Virus record (IMG/VR): IMGVR_UViG_3300033407_000076
Location: 1-35,154 of that record
Source: a virus
Reading direction: 5' to 3' (one strand)
DNA: 35,154 nt
Position numbers and translations under genes: made by a program. The notes beneath the pieces were generated by a model that was not told the DNA's origin, did not search any database, and saw only the letters and a program-made list of their open reading frames with translations. Below, piece after piece: positions 1 through 9,809 of the stretch. Position 1 is the first letter of the stretch; each line of letters begins with the position of its first letter.

Positions 1-127
1 GAATATATTGCTCAGATTGTCTGCAAGCCCTGTGGATGCCCCATAGCCGGTTTTGAATAACTCCTCCTCGCCGCTTATCCCTTTTTCCTGAATCCCCATG
101 ATGTTTTTAAGGAAATTTTGCATATCC
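1..127. repeat. Terminal direct repeat, copy A (identical to 35028..35154)
   Basis: Read directly: 1..127 (gaatatattgctcag...ttttgcatatcc) matches 35028..35154 base for base. Indicates a circular contig or terminal redundancy. Confidence 0.95.
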
Positions 128-465
128 TGAGATAGCAGCCCTTGGGTGACTTCCTGTTGAGCATACTGCGCACGTGGTGAACCGCGATAACCGCCGGCTG
201 CGGCCTCATTGGCTGCAGCCTGACCCATGCGTTCTGACTGGAACTTGTAGGCTTCAGATGGTTTATACGCTTCCATCATCTCATTGAGGACACCCGCTGG
301 ATCTTCGGCATATCGCCTTGATAGGTCGCTGACCCTTCCACCAGACTCCTGCCCTATACTGATATATGGCGAATAATACTGTTTCTGGGTTTCCTCGGCC
401 CGCTGCATGTATGGCATTGCCGCGTCAGCAGGGTTTGATCCCCCAAAATAATCCATGAATGCCAT
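1..465 (-). CDS. N-terminal part of a ~208-aa virion/internal protein that crosses the contig junction
   Basis: ATG at 465 follows AAGGAG (rc of 471..476). Frame is open to position 1 and continues in frame into 35027..34866. The F codon at 3..1 equals 35030..35028 in 'NIFSSE'. Lies in the structural operon. Confidence 0.7.
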   Translation of the reverse strand, partial: MAFMDYFGGSNPADAAMPYMQRAEETQKQYYSPYISIGQESGGRVSDLSRRYAEDPAGVLNEMMEAYKPSEAYKFQSERMGQAAANEAAAGGYRGSPRAQYAQQEVTQGLLSQDMQNFLKNIMGIQEKGISGEEELFKTGYGASTGLADNLSNIF

Positions 466-475
466 CTCGCTCTCC

Positions 476-826
476 TTAGCTCGATGTTATTGTCTCTATT
501 GTACCCGATGCGGTCTTGACCTTCAGCTTTGCATCATCCGTATCAAACCAGATTGTACCGTTCGGAATGTCTGCATCAGACGCAAACGCTGTTATCTGCG
601 CGGTGGTCTTTTGTGGTGCTTTTAGGGCCTCGTTAATGACTGTACCACGGTTTGCTGACCCGTCCGTGACAACTCTGGCGTCCGATAACAGATTGAGAAG
701 TATTACTGCAGTATTAAGCGTCTGGAACATTTCGTCCATGTACATTGCTGCACCGGTAGACAGCTCCAATGATCCCTTGTCCACCCAGGTCTGATTTGCA
801 AATGGTGGTAAATTTGGAAGGCTCAT
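476..826 (-). CDS. Small virion protein (116 aa), function unknown
   Basis: ATG 826 overlaps the upstream TGA stop as ATGA, suggesting translational coupling. The track ORF is longer (to 877). C-terminus 'GTIWFDTDDAKLKVK' resembles fibre/connector N-terminal motifs. Confidence 0.55.
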   Translation of the reverse strand: MSLPNLPPFANQTWVDKGSLELSTGAAMYMDEMFQTLNTAVILLNLLSDARVVTDGSANRGTVINEALKAPQKTTAQITAFASDADIPNGTIWFDTDDAKLKVKTASGTIETITSS

Positions 827-2406
827 TGGCTCGCCTCCAACTGCCCATTTTGGGCAACAAATCTGTTCAGACCCCAAAATGCAATCTGAAAGGTTATTTC
901 ATTGCCAAATCCGAGTCTGTGCCACTGAATGACATTGCGGTATTTCCCCTCCGGGTTCATATTTACACCAACAATGTTAGAAAATGACTGGTTACCATTC
1001 TTCGACATTGACAGATCTATGCGTGGACGGTGCAGCTCAGTGCTGCAATAGCCGTTCTCCGCCAGCATAACCTGACCATCCTCGGTGAGCATTTCTTCAC
1101 CATCCTCGGTTAGCATGGCATTGAAACATACCTCGACCCCCTCATGCAGTGCGGGAAATGAGGTTACCCCTTGTTCCACGAGGAACATGAATTGTTTAAA
1201 ATATTGCCTTTTTGCATAGCGCAAAGTATTGGTTATCCGTAGATGGGGGATGGTTTCACCATCGTTTGAATCCACATCCTCATAAACGCCATCCAAATCT
1301 GGGTTTAATTCATAGGTGTACCCTTTTGCCAGTGAAACAAATACAGGACGCCCCCCAAATATGGCAACCTGCCTGGCTGGGTGATAGTTAAACTTTTGAT
1401 CACTCATGTAGTAAAATTTATCACTGGTCACATCATATGCAAGTGTCGTATTATCTTCTGAATAATAAAATGTCAGAATGTAGAAAAGGTGTCCGTTCTG
1501 GCGATAAAAATATGCAGTTGATAAATCTGGGCGCTTAATGGTGCGCAAAAAATTATCTATCCCGTCAGTTGAAACCAGCTTCTTTGATGTGCCGTCTGTC
1601 AGCAGTATTGCTGGTGTGCTTTCCTCATTTTGGGACAGGAAGGCTACAAACTCATCACTCCCAGCAATGGTAGAGCGCGATACAGTTCCAGAATCAATAT
1701 TGAACTGAGAGCTGGGACGGTAGTTCTCAAGGCCACCCACATTGGTATAGACCTGGCATACGTTCCGGCCAATAGCTATGACATGGTTGGCTTTCCCAGG
1801 CAGACGTTTTACCGCAACACAAAAGTCAGGCTTGACCTGTAATGGAAAGGTGCTTTCCGTGACATGGGTGATTGTCGAATCAGTTGCACGCTGGAAGGCA
1901 TACCAGTCACTGGTACTGTTACTGTCATTCTCGGAGGGGGCTATCAGAAAAAATGAATTGTGATAGCACACATACCCGGGGATCATGACAAAGGCACCGC
2001 CGTTTACAGTCAAAGTTTGTACAGTAAAATCCCCGGTGCTGTAATTGTAAATATAGGCGTTGTTTCCATCGACAATGCACACCTGCGATGAAAGGTTTTC
2101 GTCAATGAAAACTTCGCCTGTGCGCGTCCCTATTGTCCCCACAAGTACCGATCCAAGCGCATCATTTGCCTTGTATACGTTATTATCCACAACAATGATG
2201 GCAATGTTGCCACGGCTTGAATAGAAAATGCCGCGTCCCTCATTGCCGTCTATGGTGGAAAAGATGCGCTTCCAGCCCGGGAAATTTATCAGCCAATTAT
2301 CAGAAACAAACATATTCCAGGTCTGTTCAAGGCTGATTTTTGGAAATACACCGAAGGTTGATGATCCGACTACCTTAACTTCCTGGGGCTGTGTACTGTA
2401 TGCCAT
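823..2406 (-). CDS. Tail hub/nozzle-like protein (P22 gp10-like position), 527 aa
   Basis: Long ORF in the structural operon after the adaptor-like gene. Beta-rich sequence with repeated aromatic motifs. Assigned by size and synteny only. Confidence 0.5.
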   Translation of the reverse strand: MAYSTQPQEVKVVGSSTFGVFPKISLEQTWNMFVSDNWLINFPGWKRIFSTIDGNEGRGIFYSSRGNIAIIVVDNNVYKANDALGSVLVGTIGTRTGEVFIDENLSSQVCIVDGNNAYIYNYSTGDFTVQTLTVNGGAFVMIPGYVCYHNSFFLIAPSENDSNSTSDWYAFQRATDSTITHVTESTFPLQVKPDFCVAVKRLPGKANHVIAIGRNVCQVYTNVGGLENYRPSSQFNIDSGTVSRSTIAGSDEFVAFLSQNEESTPAILLTDGTSKKLVSTDGIDNFLRTIKRPDLSTAYFYRQNGHLFYILTFYYSEDNTTLAYDVTSDKFYYMSDQKFNYHPARQVAIFGGRPVFVSLAKGYTYELNPDLDGVYEDVDSNDGETIPHLRITNTLRYAKRQYFKQFMFLVEQGVTSFPALHEGVEVCFNAMLTEDGEEMLTEDGQVMLAENGYCSTELHRPRIDLSMSKNGNQSFSNIVGVNMNPEGKYRNVIQWHRLGFGNEITFQIAFWGLNRFVAQNGQLEASQ

Positions 2407-2416
2407 TGTTCACCCC

Positions 2417-3124
2417 TTAGTCAGGAAGCCATCCGTCCCCAAGATTTACCCACGCCCAGTACGGCAATTGCTGCTGCTGTAGCGTTGATCGCTTGCGTAT
2501 AGCAAGATCCAATGGTCTGGACTGCTTGCTTATCAGTGCGCGGTAGGCATTAACCTCGCGCTCCACGTTTGACGGGACAGGCATCCCATATTCGGTACAA
2601 ATTTTTTCAGCCAGTTCGTAACGCAAAAAGGTTATATAAAACCTGTTGAGCGTCAGTGATAAATCCTGCGCAGCCGTTACCTCAGAAAGGCGAAATATCC
2701 CATATATTGTGAATGTATAAGCCTCGTTCGGCTTGAAATACAGTGATATTGACGCTCCGTCAAAATTCCTTTCGTAATAGTATTGGTACGGCATGGAATT
2801 GATGTTGTTGACGCGGGTACTTCCCCTGTATTGGTCACGCGGAATATAGTCCAGCTTGTAACGCACATCCTGTTTGACAAATGTCACTGTATCCGGCTTT
2901 ATCAAATTATTAACCTGGTAATCCTCCTGGCCAACAACGCCAGTGAATGTTGTTGATCCTTCATAAGGGATCAGATCAGGCTCAATTATTTTCTTACCTA
3001 TCAATTCATTCAGCCAAACAAGCCCATCACCGGCCTGCGAGCCGCTGACAGTCTCAAAGTCGCGGGCAACAATCCCGGAGGCGTAATACGCCCCCGTGAT
3101 TAATTGCGTACCTGTGTAGGCCAT
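2417..3124 (-). CDS. Head-tail adaptor / tail tubular A-like protein, 235 aa
   Basis: Position between the capsid genes and the nozzle-like gene, plus size. Start 'MAYTGTQLITGAYYASG'. Confidence 0.45.
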   Translation of the reverse strand: MAYTGTQLITGAYYASGIVARDFETVSGSQAGDGLVWLNELIGKKIIEPDLIPYEGSTTFTGVVGQEDYQVNNLIKPDTVTFVKQDVRYKLDYIPRDQYRGSTRVNNINSMPYQYYYERNFDGASISLYFKPNEAYTFTIYGIFRLSEVTAAQDLSLTLNRFYITFLRYELAEKICTEYGMPVPSNVEREVNAYRALISKQSRPLDLAIRKRSTLQQQQLPYWAWVNLGDGWLPD

Positions 3125-3135
3125 AATGGCTACCT

Positions 3136-3873
3136 TTACAGTTTGTCCATATATCCAGCAACAGACAGAGCAACGGCAGATCCTGTCACCTTGTAGTCAA
3201 CGCCTGTGGAGGCATCATATGGACATACCAGGTTTGTTGTTTCAACAACTCCAGCGACAGCGCCAGATGCCCTTACATAGCCCGCTGAGGCGCTTGAGCT
3301 TCCAGGACGGATCTCAAGGGTGTCATCAGCTGCTGTAGGCGTGAACAGGCAGAGCAGGTTTACCATTCCGGATGTGTTGGCAACATTTGGAACGCCACCG
3401 CTCATATCAACTGCTGCAAAAGTTGCTGAACTCCCGGCAGTAATGTCTGTGGCAATTGCTACGTCATAGAACATCCAGCGATCCTTGTCGGCGCCCTGCT
3501 GGCGGAACTCAAGGAAGTCAGATGAACTGTCAGTCAGAACTGCGCCAATCCTGCGAAAAACATCATATCCGCTGGGAAGCGAAGGTGAGGTAAAACTGGT
3601 GGAAAGCAGGCACGCAGCACTATTATGCCTGGTCGAGTCACCAATAACATATAGTGCGTAGTGCGTATCAGCAGCTACAGATCCGGTATCAAGGCCATTG
3701 GCGCCATTTATTGTGACATCAGCATTCAACGCGGATGAAACAACAATGTCCCAGACATTGGTGGAATCACGCGCCTGTCCGGCAGCAATTGCAATATTCT
3801 CGTCATCAGTGCGTGACAATTCCAGCCCGACAAGGTATTTTTCGCCGAGGTTTACAATAGGGGTGTTGGTCAT
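3136..3873 (-). CDS. Virion structural protein (decoration- or fibre-like), 245 aa
   Basis: AGGAG lies 7 nt upstream of ATG 3873. Gene sits just downstream of the terminator that follows the capsid gene. Gly/Ser/Thr/Ala-rich, beta-type sequence. Confidence 0.5.
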   Translation of the reverse strand: MTNTPIVNLGEKYLVGLELSRTDDENIAIAAGQARDSTNVWDIVVSSALNADVTINGANGLDTGSVAADTHYALYVIGDSTRHNSAACLLSTSFTSPSLPSGYDVFRRIGAVLTDSSSDFLEFRQQGADKDRWMFYDVAIATDITAGSSATFAAVDMSGGVPNVANTSGMVNLLCLFTPTAADDTLEIRPGSSSASAGYVRASGAVAGVVETTNLVCPYDASTGVDYKVTGSAVALSVAGYMDKL

Positions 3874-3890
3874 TTTTTTACTCCTGAATC

Positions 3891-3920
3891 AAAAAAAAAA
3901 GGGGGGTGGGCGCCCCCCCC
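3891..3920 (-). terminator. Intrinsic terminator after the major capsid gene
   Basis: The minus-strand RNA reads GGGGGGGGCGCCCACCCCCC followed by U10: a GC-only hairpin plus a U tract, 7 nt after the MCP stop. Confidence 0.7.
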
Positions 3921-3926
3921 AAATGG

Positions 3927-5165
3927 TTATAGAGGTAAAGCCACCATCATCGCGTACTCGTCAACCAGCTTTTTCCCCCAAATCACGTCATGGACCATGC
4001 CGCGACTATTTTGGCCAAACTGGCTACCGAAATAGGTTCTCAGCGAACATCCAGAAACGGGGTCTGTGCTTCGTGCAGTAGGAAACGGTGTTTCTTCAGG
4101 AAGTCTCGGCATTGCCATGTAGAGCGGGTTACCGGCCATTATCAAACCGCAACGGTGGGAAGGCAGGACGGTACACTGCATGCCGGCCACAATGGCGGTG
4201 TTGATGTTCTGATCTTTGCCGGCAGTAGCCTGCAGTGCTGGATATATGCTGACAGTTACCTGTGACGCACCTGTAGACGCTGCATCAGCAGTTGCACGGA
4301 ACTGTACAGGATTCTGTGACTGCTCATGGCCAATGTATGTCAGGAAGCGCAGGTCGGTCTGGCCTGAAACGCCATCGCTGAACTGAAACTTGTCATAGGC
4401 TTTCACGGAATCTGCATCGCTTGCCCCGTTTGTGCCGCTGAAAGTGATTGATGTTACAGCCCCAGCCGAATTGGTGGTTGTTGAAACAACAGTCAGAGTT
4501 GAACCATTGATCCCCTCAGAGCCGGCTGTGTGGGTCGGCAACAGGTTGGACTGATACCAGTCACAATTAGAGAAGCGACCTATTTCCCAGCTCATCGCCT
4601 CTTTGTTGTTCCTTTCCAGAGCAAACTGATTCAGGCCTGAATTGACAACACGCGGGAATGACAGATCATCAAGAATTCCCACAGTATTGTCTTTGGCCGC
4701 ACCAAAGTTGCGGAACAGGGCAAGTGCATTTGCAAGCTGTGAATAGCTGGATATCGGTGTAACCCCGTCACCATAAAAACGGAATGTTTCCCGTTCACAT
4801 ACCTGCGCAATGTTTGCCTCAACCTTGGTGCCCAGTTCGGCCATTGCTGACTTTCCGAACTTTTCCATGTAGTCGCGGGCATTAAAAATGAACTGCTGCG
4901 CTGTAAAATTGTATGCCACAGACTCAGCATTGTTCACCGTCAATGAGTTTGTGAGCTGCTCAACATCCTGGAAGGAAACAACAAGACTTCCTGTTGTGGT
5001 AAACCTTGGAGGCTGATCAAATGTAACCGTACTGCCTAACTGTTTCTCAATCTTGTCAAAGTCTTTGAATTTAGAATTTGAAAGGTTAAGAAATGCAAAC
5101 GAATTGACAAGCAACGCAAGGTCGCTGTCATTGTAAGTCTGGACATCCTGAAAAATATTCGCCAT
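3927..5165 (-). CDS. Major capsid protein (412 aa; possibly P22-coat-like)
   Basis: Follows the scaffold gene and is followed by a strong terminator. Size is typical of a capsid protein. Weak resemblance to P22 coat in the N-terminal third, by memory only. Confidence 0.7.
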   Translation of the reverse strand: MANIFQDVQTYNDSDLALLVNSFAFLNLSNSKFKDFDKIEKQLGSTVTFDQPPRFTTTGSLVVSFQDVEQLTNSLTVNNAESVAYNFTAQQFIFNARDYMEKFGKSAMAELGTKVEANIAQVCERETFRFYGDGVTPISSYSQLANALALFRNFGAAKDNTVGILDDLSFPRVVNSGLNQFALERNNKEAMSWEIGRFSNCDWYQSNLLPTHTAGSEGINGSTLTVVSTTTNSAGAVTSITFSGTNGASDADSVKAYDKFQFSDGVSGQTDLRFLTYIGHEQSQNPVQFRATADAASTGASQVTVSIYPALQATAGKDQNINTAIVAGMQCTVLPSHRCGLIMAGNPLYMAMPRLPEETPFPTARSTDPVSGCSLRTYFGSQFGQNSRGMVHDVIWGKKLVDEYAMMVALPL

Positions 5166-5222
5166 TGCCTTGCTCCTTGGCTATTTAAAATTCCAAGCAA
5201 CGGCCGTTCTGTGGTGTCCTGT

Positions 5223-5927
5223 CTAACCCCTAAGCCAGGGCTGATTACGCAAGTCACTCACACTCATACGGCCATTTGCAGCGGTGTTATTGCCAGGTTG
5301 CATACGGTCCAGAGGAGGTGAGGTAAGTGCGCCTGATTCCTGCGCAGCGGCTGCCTTATTCGCGGCAATGCTGCTGGCGATTCTCTGAAGCTCGGCTTGC
5401 GCCTGCTTCGGTGCACGATTTGACAAATGGTCTATGGTTGCGAGCTTGGTGGGATTTTTGGCCAACTCATACATGACATCTGCAGCGTTGTCCAAATTTG
5501 CAACAAGGTAGACGATCTGGGGGAATGATGTCGGATCAAACTCCTTCATCACGGTGTCAAAATCCTCATAAGATTTTGCACCCTCAGCCATCCGTGACTC
5601 GTAGGCATCGGCTACCTGCTTCATGTGATCCTGGAGCTGTCGCTCCTGCATCTCACGGTTCAAACGTTCCTGAACCTGCTGGTATACCGCGTCTACATCC
5701 ACTTCCCTTGTGCTTTCACCATGCGCCCCGGCCTGGTTCCGCTGGGCCTGCAGTTCTTCCAGCTTCTTCTGAAATTCAGCTTCAGCTTGTCTGCGTGCCT
5801 TTTCTGCGGCCTCTGCCTTTGCGCGTCCGATAAGTCCATTTACCTCTGACTGTCCAAGCATTTTCTCGGCCGGTGCAGTTTCCTGCGCCTGCTGCTGGAC
5901 AGAGTCATCCTGACCCATTCCTTCCAT
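5223..5927 (-). CDS. Scaffolding protein
   Basis: Lies between portal and MCP. Highly charged, Ala/Glu/Gln-rich helical sequence. ORF is open from GTG 5945; ATG 5927 has GGAG 7 nt upstream. Confidence 0.6.
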   Translation of the reverse strand: MEGMGQDDSVQQQAQETAPAEKMLGQSEVNGLIGRAKAEAAEKARRQAEAEFQKKLEELQAQRNQAGAHGESTREVDVDAVYQQVQERLNREMQERQLQDHMKQVADAYESRMAEGAKSYEDFDTVMKEFDPTSFPQIVYLVANLDNAADVMYELAKNPTKLATIDHLSNRAPKQAQAELQRIASSIAANKAAAAQESGALTSPPLDRMQPGNNTAANGRMSVSDLRNQPWLRG

Positions 5928-6088
5928 ATACAACTCCATTTGCACTATTAACCCGCGTGTGGCGGTAACTTCCCTGTTTCAGTCAGGTGACTGCCCATTT
6001 TCCCGCATGGGTGCGTTATGCCCGCAAATGATTTGCGGTGGTAATACAAATATAATACAGCAGCAGGCGTGCATCAACAAAGATGCCA

Positions 6089-8245
6089 TTATTCTTTATT
6101 GGTGTTTTCATTTTTCATATTCATAACCCTGGCCAGCGTATGTAAACTTTCAACCGCTGTTCGGGCCTGCTCTGCATCAATCTCCGATTTCTTCATCATT
6201 TGTTCGACGTCAATATTTTGAAGGCGTGCCAAAAGCTCGGTAAGGTCCATGTCAATCTTTTGCTGATCCTGTTGTGCCTTCACCGCCTTAAACTGTGAAT
6301 CCTGCCTCATCTTCTCCAGATCCACTTCAGCAGATGTCGGGGATTGTGCCTCCTTCATCGCCTTCATAGCCTCGGCCGTTTCCTTGTCCGCAAGCGCCTT
6401 TGAGTGCTGCATTTGCATTTGCATCTGCATCTGCTGGATCTGCTGTTGCATTTGCTGCATCTGGGCCTGTCCTTCACTTTGCTTTTGCTCATACTTCAGG
6501 GCTTTGGCCTTCAGCTCATCTATCCCCCTGATATCAATATTATCGAGAAGGACGCTCAATCCTTCATCATTGATGAATTGCGCGAACCGTTCAGACGCCT
6601 GCATCAGGTTGACTATTGTTTTCAGTGCCAGTTCCTTCTGCATGGCAAAGTTGACACCCGTCTCAACCTTTACCTGCAGACTATTTGGGTCATAGTTCAT
6701 ATATATTGACCCTTCGCGGTTGATCAGCACATAGGACCGCTTCCCGCTCGGCTCAAGCACAGGCAACGACCGTGGGGTGCGGTAATACTTTGGGATCAGG
6801 TCCAGAATTATCTGTGCGACACGGTTAAGTCCCTTTATGTAGCCGACAATATATGGAACTGACGCATTGTTTGACTGTATCGCACCCATGGCTATGGCAG
6901 CACCAGATATCTCCTGCCTGTTCACACCCTGATTTGTGTCGTATGACCCCAGTATGACCTGTGTCATCTCATCAGACATGCGGAAAGCATTGGTTATCTC
7001 TGGCGGGATAGGCGCCCTCATAACCTCCCGGGGTGGGGGCAATGTCACTTCTGGCGCATCCTGGTCAAGAAAGTGTTTATACACCAGAGTATTCGGTACC
7101 TGTGGGTCAGTGTATGCCTTCTCGTAGCCTTCCGGGATGGATTCAAGAGCCACAATCCACTTGTGTTGGACAAGGTTCTCAAGCTCATTTGCCAGCGACT
7201 GTCCAGCAAAGTTTTTTAGTTCCTGTATGCCTTTGGCATGGTAAACATATGGGCGCGTCATCTGATATTGCATGTTACTTTCGTTGATCCACGCGCTGTT
7301 ACCGTCAACAAACACAAGCGGTAAATGTTTATAGCTGGTGGTTTTGTGATCAAGTATCTTGTTTTCACACAGCCGGTACCGCTCAATAGTCTCAATCGTG
7401 GTTTTACGCTCATTGATAACCTGTGGTGGCTGCTCAAGTATCCCCTGTTTTTCCCATTCAATAAGTTTTCGATCATACTCTTTTTTGACCATTGAATGGC
7501 CATTGGTCAACTTAACTATGGTTTCATTTTTCTTTGCCTTCTCGTAATAATCACACACAAGGATGATTTCCTCGCGCTCATCACGGTATGACCAACCAAA
7601 GCCAGCGATGTTCTTTGAATAGCTCATTGTTTCGGCCAGATCCTTGCCATGCTCTTCTTCAAAGCGTTTACGTGACATAGGAAATACCTGAAAACAGAAT
7701 GCACCATCGCCCTTGTGTGATTCCCGTGCCAGTGGGTCAAATCCGCAAAGCGTGGGGTCAAATACGCGGTCAACGTAAATGTTCTGTTCGAAACTCATTT
7801 CGTTGACATAATCGGTGTAAACCTCCATCACCGAAAATCCGCCGGCAAGCAGGTCTGAGTAAATGTTGTACTCGAGCTTGTCATTACTTGCATCAAAGAA
7901 TATGGCGCGAAGGTGCGCCTCCATGACATCAATGGTTTTGTTGAACTCTGGCGTCAGCATATTAATGGGAACGCCATCTGCGGCCCGTACAGTCAGTGAC
8001 GGTTGCTGTTTGGCAAACTCACCACGCAATCGGGATACAAAGGATTCCAGGATATTGTATTCAGATGTCGGCTTCCCCATGTCGCGCAGTATTTTGATAT
8101 CACGCTGCGAGAGAGAGGTCTTAAAAACGAATTTCACATAGTCGTGAAAGCGCTTATAGTTATCATTAAAATATGTATGCGCCTGCTCGATCCGTTCCTT
8201 GATCTGCTTCAAACGATCAGAGGAATCCTTCCCAGTCTCCGCCAT
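6089..8245 (-). CDS. Portal protein (718 aa) with long C-terminal Q/M-rich coiled coil
   Basis: Immediately downstream of terL, overlapping it by 29 nt. GGAGAG RBS precedes ATG 8245. Size and C-terminal helical extension recall the P22 portal barrel. Confidence 0.8.
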   Translation of the reverse strand: MAETGKDSSDRLKQIKERIEQAHTYFNDNYKRFHDYVKFVFKTSLSQRDIKILRDMGKPTSEYNILESFVSRLRGEFAKQQPSLTVRAADGVPINMLTPEFNKTIDVMEAHLRAIFFDASNDKLEYNIYSDLLAGGFSVMEVYTDYVNEMSFEQNIYVDRVFDPTLCGFDPLARESHKGDGAFCFQVFPMSRKRFEEEHGKDLAETMSYSKNIAGFGWSYRDEREEIILVCDYYEKAKKNETIVKLTNGHSMVKKEYDRKLIEWEKQGILEQPPQVINERKTTIETIERYRLCENKILDHKTTSYKHLPLVFVDGNSAWINESNMQYQMTRPYVYHAKGIQELKNFAGQSLANELENLVQHKWIVALESIPEGYEKAYTDPQVPNTLVYKHFLDQDAPEVTLPPPREVMRAPIPPEITNAFRMSDEMTQVILGSYDTNQGVNRQEISGAAIAMGAIQSNNASVPYIVGYIKGLNRVAQIILDLIPKYYRTPRSLPVLEPSGKRSYVLINREGSIYMNYDPNSLQVKVETGVNFAMQKELALKTIVNLMQASERFAQFINDEGLSVLLDNIDIRGIDELKAKALKYEQKQSEGQAQMQQMQQQIQQMQMQMQMQHSKALADKETAEAMKAMKEAQSPTSAEVDLEKMRQDSQFKAVKAQQDQQKIDMDLTELLARLQNIDVEQMMKKSEIDAEQARTAVESLHTLARVMNMKNENTNKE

Positions 8246-9770
8246 GTCTCGCTCTCCGTGCGATTATTTGTTTTAGAACTCCGTCTCTCAATTCCTTACT
8301 TGTGCTACTTTCCTGCTCAACTCCAGCATCAGGCTTGACCTGTTTTGCAATGTAGACCATATCTACAGCATCGTACAAAATATCGGCAATATCATCGTGT
8401 GCATGTGTATTGTTTGCCGTAATTTTGGACAGATGCGTCAAAAATAGTTCCTTGTGCCTGGCATCAGTGTTTATTGAAACAAGCCTTTGCGCAAGATATG
8501 GCTGCATTCTCAGGAATCTCTCTGTCTTTGATCCTGATGCAGATGTCCTATTTATCCCCCTGATAGTCAAGCCACGGATTGATCGTAATGTTGACACCAT
8601 TGTAACACCCGTTGATTTTTTCTCGATACACGCCAGCATCGGCGGTACCTTGAACAGGCAGCATTCCTGCCAAAAATCAAGGAATTCTGACTCCAGATCC
8701 TTTGGGTCAACCCTTATCTCACGCACGTCAATTGAGTGCAGGCCAAGCATGCCGGCCTTGCGCCCCATAGTCTCAATCTCATATATGCCCCAGAACCCAA
8801 ATGCCGTTGCATCATTGTATGTCTTGTCGGTCTCGGCAGTGTCAACCGTGATGAATGTCTTGAGCATTTCAGGATAGAAGTCCAGCTGCTCTATCCACTC
8901 GGGCTTGAACAGCCCGCCACCTGCTGGCAAAGGGTCTTGCTGAAACTGTGAGGCAAAGACGTATGGCGACTTTTCCTGAAGCTTTTCCAAAAATTCCGTT
9001 GAATGCACCTCCGGATAAAGGGCATTCCCAGCCTCATCCAATGATTTTAATATAACAGATTGCCAAGGGTAGGTATCATTGCCTTTCATTAAAAAATCGG
9101 ACAAGTCTGACTCGTGTATCCTTTGACCAATAAATACAATGGGTACTTTTTTCCCCCTGGTACGTTGCCTGATTGTTTCCTCATAATTCCTTATTACTGA
9201 TTCGCGAATTGTATCAGAATGTGCTGCATCAGGCTTGATTGGATCATCAACTATGACTGCGCCACTGAACCTGTCCACGGCAGGCAATCCAGCATCAGAT
9301 CCCGTAATAGATCCAGAAGACCCAAACCCCCTTACAGTGCCGTTTTGAGTCGTAACGAAATGATCCTTTGCCCTGCTGTCCTTTTTTATTTTTACATCAA
9401 AAAGATAACCGTATATGGGTGATGAAACGATTGATTTGATAAATGCGGTGTGTTTTGCAGCTAGGTCGTGTGAATAGGATATGTAAAGAAAGTTGCTGTC
9501 TGGGTAGTGTGCCAATGTCCATGCCACCCAATGACATACAAGTATTGATTTACCATATCCAGGGGGCAAGTTGATGATTAACCTGTTTCCCTCGTCCTTG
9601 GATCTGAATATTCGTGTCAATTCACGACAAACCACAATATGATGTGACTCACGTGAAACAGGTGATGAAACAATAAAATCCCTGCGGGTAAGGTACTTGA
9701 AAAAATATTTGGTAAATTCCAGGAAAGAACCTTTCAGTTTGCAGCTTAAATCAACATTTTCATAATCCAT
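8217..9770 (-). CDS. terL: Terminase large subunit
   Basis: Walker A-like 'LPPGYGKS', Walker B 'AVIVDDP', and C-terminal nuclease motif 'FITVDTAETDKTYNDATAF'. Lies directly upstream of the portal gene. Confidence 0.9.
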   Translation of the reverse strand: MDYENVDLSCKLKGSFLEFTKYFFKYLTRRDFIVSSPVSRESHHIVVCRELTRIFRSKDEGNRLIINLPPGYGKSILVCHWVAWTLAHYPDSNFLYISYSHDLAAKHTAFIKSIVSSPIYGYLFDVKIKKDSRAKDHFVTTQNGTVRGFGSSGSITGSDAGLPAVDRFSGAVIVDDPIKPDAAHSDTIRESVIRNYEETIRQRTRGKKVPIVFIGQRIHESDLSDFLMKGNDTYPWQSVILKSLDEAGNALYPEVHSTEFLEKLQEKSPYVFASQFQQDPLPAGGGLFKPEWIEQLDFYPEMLKTFITVDTAETDKTYNDATAFGFWGIYEIETMGRKAGMLGLHSIDVREIRVDPKDLESEFLDFWQECCLFKVPPMLACIEKKSTGVTMVSTLRSIRGLTIRGINRTSASGSKTERFLRMQPYLAQRLVSINTDARHKELFLTHLSKITANNTHAHDDIADILYDAVDMVYIAKQVKPDAGVEQESSTSKELRDGVLKQIIARRARHGGDWEGFL

Positions 9771-9809
9771 TAATTAATGCCATAATGTGTTTTGTATATG
9801 TTATCACAA

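Noticed and set aside
5979-6089. 36-aa Cys-rich micro-ORF coupled by TAATG to the portal stop, with hairpin CCGCAAAT-c-ATTTGCGG inside it
   Set aside because: It is not coupled to the scaffold gene at its 3' end, its sequence is implausible (MASLLMHACCCIIF...), and I cannot support either a coding or a terminator role since no U tract follows. I left the 143-nt gap unannotated.
6384-6709. Plus-strand ORFs with CICICICI / HLHLHLHL repeats
   Set aside because: They are the mirror image of the (QM)n-encoding hexanucleotide repeat in the portal gene, not independent genes.
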